From: a virus
Lineage: Duplodnaviria; Caudoviricetes
Strand: one strand, 5' to 3'
DNA length: 30,646 bases
IMG/VR virus record: IMGVR_UViG_3300036982_000142
Span: 1 to 30,646 of that record
Shown: in pieces, positions 26,613-30,646 of the stretch
How positions within the stretch are numbered: the first letter of the stretch is position 1
Layout of the letters: every line of letters starts with the position of its first letter
Program-made: the position numbers and the translations under genes
Notes under the pieces: generated by a model
Seen by the model: the letters and a program-made list of their open reading frames with translations, nothing else
Told to the model about the DNA's origin: nothing
Database searches by the model: none

Positions 26613-27347
26613 TTAGCCCTTGTTGAGTTGTAGGTCTTCCACCATTGACAGCATGTTAAACACGAAGATTAAATTTAGGTCGGTGACTGCGTCTATTTTA
26701 GTTAGGTCTTGGTTCGCTAAGTCGTAGAGTAGTTTTTCCCAACTCCACTTTGTAAATACCTTTTCTTCGGCTTCGGCTTTCAGGTCTTCTTCGTCAAGTT
26801 CGGTTTCGTCTTCCTCAATGACTGGATTAAATAGGTTCTCGTAGCGTTTCTTAAAGTCGTTTGAATAATCAATGTAGTTCTTTACCGCCCCGTAAACTTC
26901 GTTTATACTTACGTCTTGAAACGTATCTTTGCGGCTCATTATACTATACGTATAGGGCTCAAATATTAAGTTACCCCACTCGTCCGTCTTCCAACGTTTG
27001 TATAATATACTAAGCAAAATGTCGAAATTTTGTACAAATTGCATAGCATAATGTTCAAGGTCGATGAACTCCCCTAACGTAAGCCTATCCAACGGCTTCA
27101 ACTTTAAACCTTTCACGAGTTCTTTTGGCTTATTGGATGGCTCACGCTTAACAAAACTAACCTTTTTTGCAAGGTCAATTAGTTCTTCGGGGTCGAGGTC
27201 TTCCAGTTCTTCGGGGTCTGTATCCGATAGTATGGAAAGTGCCTCGATTGTTTGCAGGAATACGGAGTTATATTCTTCTTCGTCAATGGTGTTTAATTCT
27301 AACCACTGATTAACGTTTACTTCGTTCCAATTTCTCGGTAAATTCAC
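26613..27347 (-). CDS. Acidic protein, possible tail assembly chaperone
   Basis: GTG start, 244 aa; P.NW.EV...Q, LTLGEFIDLE, ILYKR. Confidence 0.6.
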   Translation of the reverse strand: MNLPRNWNEVNVNQWLELNTIDEEEYNSVFLQTIEALSILSDTDPEELEDLDPEELIDLAKKVSFVKREPSNKPKELVKGLKLKPLDRLTLGEFIDLEHYAMQFVQNFDILLSILYKRWKTDEWGNLIFEPYTYSIMSRKDTFQDVSINEVYGAVKNYIDYSNDFKKRYENLFNPVIEEDETELDEEDLKAEAEEKVFTKWSWEKLLYDLANQDLTKIDAVTDLNLIFVFNMLSMVEDLQLNKG

Positions 27348-27349
27348 CT

Positions 27350-27898
27350 TTATTCCGTTACTTCTTCGTTAGCTTCTTCTAACTTCTTTTCCGAAATTGC
27401 GGCTATCTTTTGCAGAATTTCCATAATGTACGGGAATGCAACTTCTGCGTTTTGTTTCTTCATTAAAGCTACCTTTACTTTGATGTGTGCAGGAGCGTAG
27501 TGTTCGGTACGGGTTAAGTCAGTACGTTTGAAAAGTATGGCTAACGTTTGAGCGCAGAAATTATCGTCTTGTCCCCGGTATATTTTCTCAATTAACCCCA
27601 AGTCTTTTACTCCTATTGTTTCGTTTGCTTGGTAAGTATATTTGTCAATTACCAACTCGGTGATTTTGTCCGTGCTTGGTACGTCCGACTTGTTGAACTC
27701 TTTTATATAATGTGTAAAGTCGTCAAGTTCCATTTTGTCAAATGCTTTGTCAGGCACACCGAGGTATATAAATTTCTCAATCCATTTCTCGATTGTATCT
27801 AACTCTTGGTTGTTTTCAATTTTGTTGAGTTCGTCAAATTGCTGTACGGTTAACTCGTTAAGGTGGTTGGGTATTTCGACCCCGAACATTTGTATCAT
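27350..27898 (-). CDS. Paralogue of the downstream minus-strand gene, possible tail assembly chaperone
   Basis: 182 aa; IPN.L.EL...QF.EL, AILFKR. Confidence 0.6.
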   Translation of the reverse strand: MIQMFGVEIPNHLNELTVQQFDELNKIENNQELDTIEKWIEKFIYLGVPDKAFDKMELDDFTHYIKEFNKSDVPSTDKITELVIDKYTYQANETIGVKDLGLIEKIYRGQDDNFCAQTLAILFKRTDLTRTEHYAPAHIKVKVALMKKQNAEVAFPYIMEILQKIAAISEKKLEEANEEVTE

Positions 27899-27913
27899 TG
27901 CTTAGATTTTAAT

Positions 27914-27921
27914 CAAAGGTA
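27914..27921 (-). promoter_or_regulatory. Host-type -7 element TACCTTTG for the minus-strand operon
   Basis: CAAAGGTA on plus strand, 15 nt from the 27898 start; no well-spaced -33 seen. Confidence 0.55.
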
Positions 27922-27941
27922 TAAAAATAATGTTGAAAAAT

Positions 27942-27967
27942 TAACCAAAAGTATTTTAGTGTACTTA
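27942..27967 (+). promoter_or_regulatory. Late promoter motif TAACCA-N14-TACTTA
   Basis: Exact motif, 8 nt before ATG 27976. Confidence 0.8.
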
Positions 27968-27975
27968 TTAAGTCA

Positions 27976-28917
27976 ATGGAAGGACTACCGACTTACAAAA
28001 TTACCATAGACGAAGCGTATAACGATGGCGAACAACCTTTAGGAGTTGATGCTATTGCGTTCACGTCAAACCCCGCTGTACTTGTTAAGGGTGTAGCGTT
28101 TAAGTCCCAAGCTAAAAGCCACTTCGCAGACGAGAAAAAATACCGTATCACTGCACCCGCCATGATCCCGATGGATATTTATCGGAACGACGATGACATG
28201 GGGGAGTATTATGTACAATTCTCAGAAGTCGAGATTGACACCATCTTTAAGGAATTCATGCTCAACTTAAACAACCAAAACTTGTTTAATTTAGAACACG
28301 AAGGCGACAAAATTGTTCCTGCATATATTCTCGAAGCGTGGTTGGTGGATAATCCCGAAGCGGACAAGGCAAAAAGTACGTTTGGTATTTCAGTGCCTAA
28401 AGGTACGTTAATGATGACCGCACAAATAACGGACACTGAGTACTACAACAAGTTGGTCGAAGCGGGTCAGGTAGGTTTTTCTATTGAAGGCTTTTTAGGT
28501 CTTAAACTAAGTAATCAAAAACAAACATATATGTTACCAGACGGAGAACACACACTCGAAGACGGAACGGTGATCGTCGTAAAAGACGGAGTAGTCGTTG
28601 AAGTTAGAGAACCCGAGGTAGTAATGGCAACTGACGAACCTACCGAAGTAGAGATGGCAGCACCAGTTGAAACTGAAACACCTGAAGAACCAGTTGTTGA
28701 GGTGGAAGTTGAAGCGGCTATTGACCCTGCGGCAGATTCTGAAGCTATTTTGGCAATCGTTAGCCCTTTGTTGGAGCAGCGTATTTCTGAGGTATTACAA
28801 GTCATTGCAGACCTTAAAAACGAATTAACCGAAACGGAGGAAGTTGCACCCGTTGAGGAAATCAAAATGAGCGCAACACAAAAATTTAATAAAGTAATTG
28901 ACTTCTTAAAAAAATAA
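27976..28917 (+). CDS. Prohead serine protease (XkdF-like) fused to acidic scaffold
   Basis: AMIP...IYR, N.EH, P.GT, GFSIEG catalytic Ser motif; acidic C-terminal half. Confidence 0.85.
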   Translation: MEGLPTYKITIDEAYNDGEQPLGVDAIAFTSNPAVLVKGVAFKSQAKSHFADEKKYRITAPAMIPMDIYRNDDDMGEYYVQFSEVEIDTIFKEFMLNLNNQNLFNLEHEGDKIVPAYILEAWLVDNPEADKAKSTFGISVPKGTLMMTAQITDTEYYNKLVEAGQVGFSIEGFLGLKLSNQKQTYMLPDGEHTLEDGTVIVVKDGVVVEVREPEVVMATDEPTEVEMAAPVETETPEEPVVEVEVEAAIDPAADSEAILAIVSPLLEQRISEVLQVIADLKNELTETEEVAPVEEIKMSATQKFNKVIDFLKK

Positions 28918-28919
28918 AG

Positions 28920-29849
28920 ATGGCTAAAAAATTAAAATTTGACTTGACGGTTGATGGCAGTGCGATGTTACAAGCAAACCCGTCCGAGTACTATTCAATC
29001 CTTTACGGGATGGAGAACGCAGTAACTAACTACCGTGTCCTTCCGGGTATTAAAAACAAAACGAAAATTGCTACGGTTCTTTTTGACACAGTGTTGGCAG
29101 AAAGTGGCTGTAACTTTTCCGCTCAAGACGCAGACCTTAGCGCAGTAGATATCGACGTTTGTGCGTTGACTTCTCAAGCGTCAGTTTGTCAGTTTGACTT
29201 AGAGCAATCTTTCCTTGCATTGGAAATGGCTAAAGGATCTAACTCAGATTTCTCAGTAGCTTCGTTTATGAATTTCTTTTATTCACAAATGGCGAAGAAA
29301 GGTCACCAAGAACTTGCACAATTGATGTGGAGAGGTGACACGGCTGTTGAAGGTGCATTGGGTCTTTGTGACGGTTGGTTGTTGCGTTTGTGTACAGCTG
29401 ATGATTATATCACTGGTGGTGCGGGTGCAGTTACTTCATCTAACGTACTTGCTGCAATGGCTGCGGTGTTGACTGCTGCAACTCCTGAAATGTTGGTTAA
29501 CCCTGCACAAATGCAATTCAAAGTTTCTGCAAACGTTGCGGCTGCTTATCGTATTGCAACGGCTGCAACTAACACAGCAACAAACGTTACAACTGCTTTG
29601 TCTTTGACTTACTTGGATATCCCTGTAGTTGTTGAGTACGGACTTCCTGCAAACCAAATCATCTTGTCGGACTACACTAACTTCATCTACGCTTTAGATG
29701 CTGAAGGTGACCAAGACAACCTACAAATCGTTGACTTTAGCAAGACAACACTTGACCGTCGTATCGGTGCACGTGCTGACTTCAAAGCAGGTTTCTATGT
29801 AGTGAACACGACACAAGTTGTTTGGTACGGGGGTTCAACTTACTGTTAA
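28920..29849 (+). CDS. Major capsid protein
   Basis: 309 aa after protease/scaffold, W.GD...DG motif, strongly biased codons, followed by a terminator. Confidence 0.8.
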   Translation: MAKKLKFDLTVDGSAMLQANPSEYYSILYGMENAVTNYRVLPGIKNKTKIATVLFDTVLAESGCNFSAQDADLSAVDIDVCALTSQASVCQFDLEQSFLALEMAKGSNSDFSVASFMNFFYSQMAKKGHQELAQLMWRGDTAVEGALGLCDGWLLRLCTADDYITGGAGAVTSSNVLAAMAAVLTAATPEMLVNPAQMQFKVSANVAAAYRIATAATNTATNVTTALSLTYLDIPVVVEYGLPANQIILSDYTNFIYALDAEGDQDNLQIVDFSKTTLDRRIGARADFKAGFYVVNTTQVVWYGGSTYC

Positions 29850-29867
29850 TATTTATTTAGCTAATGT

Positions 29868-29892
29868 AGGGGGTTTAACCGCCCCCTTTTTT
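29868..29892 (+). terminator. Terminator/attenuator between capsid and tail tube genes
   Basis: AGGGGGT/GCCCCCT stem plus T-run. Confidence 0.8.
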
Positions 29893-29914
29893 ATAAACTT
29901 TTAAACTAAATAAA

Positions 29915-30421
29915 ATGGCATGTACAACACTCGAGTCCATCTTAAAAACGTGTGACTCAAATATCGGAGGTATAACTTCGATTTATATTAACGACATGGA
30001 TAACATTACGGGTGCAATCGTTGAAGCTAACTGGATTATTTCCTCTTTTAGCGGACTTGCAGACCAATTCATTCCTTTCGAGTTCAGACGTAACACGGGA
30101 ATGTACACGGAGGAAGCGGCAATTGACTTGGTAAACGGTTCGTCTTATTATACGCAAACTATTACTTTGATGTTCCATCGTCGTGAAGCGGTTAAGTCTA
30201 AAGCAATAAAAATCTTAGGCGAAGGACAACGTGACCTTGCACTTGTAGTAGGTGACGCTAACGGCAAATATTGGTATTTTCCAAACGCTCAACTTACTGC
30301 GGTTGCTGAAGGTTCGGGAACAGCCAAAGCCGATGGTTCAAAGTACTCAATTACGTTCGTAGCTGAAAACGAAAACCTTGCTTTTGAAGTTGCAGCGGCT
30401 GAAATTCCTAACATTATCTAA
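29915..30421 (+). CDS. Major tail (tube) protein
   Basis: 168 aa; MAC....C...GGI, NG...Y.Q, D.NG..W, SG....D...Y.ITF...E. Confidence 0.7.
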   Translation: MACTTLESILKTCDSNIGGITSIYINDMDNITGAIVEANWIISSFSGLADQFIPFEFRRNTGMYTEEAAIDLVNGSSYYTQTITLMFHRREAVKSKAIKILGEGQRDLALVVGDANGKYWYFPNAQLTAVAEGSGTAKADGSKYSITFVAENENLAFEVAAAEIPNII

Positions 30422-30646
30422 TAAGATAAACACGAATTGGAAGGGGGTTTTAATTAGCCCCCTTTTTTATTTAACCAACTTTTCTAAATACTACTTATTA
30501 AGGTAGTATGATATACATCGAACAAAACCAAAACAATACAATAGCCTTAACGCTAACGGAAAGTGCAACAATCACAGCACCGACTTGGTTGTTTAAATTC
30601 GTGTGGGAAATGGACCAAACACTTGACCCTATCTATTGGGTTGGCG
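30355..30646. repeat. Terminal direct repeat, right copy
   Basis: Matches 1-292, including the terminator, late motif and start of ORF 154. Confidence 0.97.

Noticed and set aside
311-30178. Short antisense and alternate-frame ORFs in the track (for example 311-553, 3554-3922, 15707-16183, 28515-28865)
   Set aside because: They lie within well-supported genes and show no motifs; treated as shadow ORFs
1-30646. Stop-codon recoding or tRNA genes
   Set aside because: Standard code gives dense, intact genes and no cloverleaf was seen in the few intergenic gaps

Overview
The window is a near-complete, circularly permuted genome (about 30,354 bp plus a 292-bp imperfect terminal overlap) of a small tailed dsDNA phage, probably a siphovirus. 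TTG-N18/19-TAnnTTTG promoters and A-rich start regions without Shine-Dalgarno sites point to a Bacteroidota host. Modules in order: portal, adaptor, tape measure and a tail-terminator::DUF1566-like fusion; lysis (holin, candidate unimolecular spanin, GH108 endolysin); a DnaQ-like exonuclease; a repeat-rich control region; early genes (DNA methyltransferase, DnaA-domain-IV-like protein, initiator with internal iterons, SF4 helicase, NinG, ERF, YqaJ exonuclease, SSB); an ECF-like sigma factor operon; a ParB-like plus ABC-ATPase::GNAT cassette; PBSX-type terminase; tail proteins; an inverted paralogous gene pair; protease-scaffold, major capsid and tail tube. No integrase, polymerase, tRNA, CRISPR or reverse transcriptase was recognised. 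The strongest new signal is a fixed-spacing motif, TAACCR-N14-TACTTA, at six independent sites. Four lie 7-10 nt before late start codons, one inside the sigma gene and one before a kissing-loop RNA leader, suggesting a phage sigma factor with its cognate near-leaderless late promoter. All product calls come from motif recognition by eye; no database search was run.
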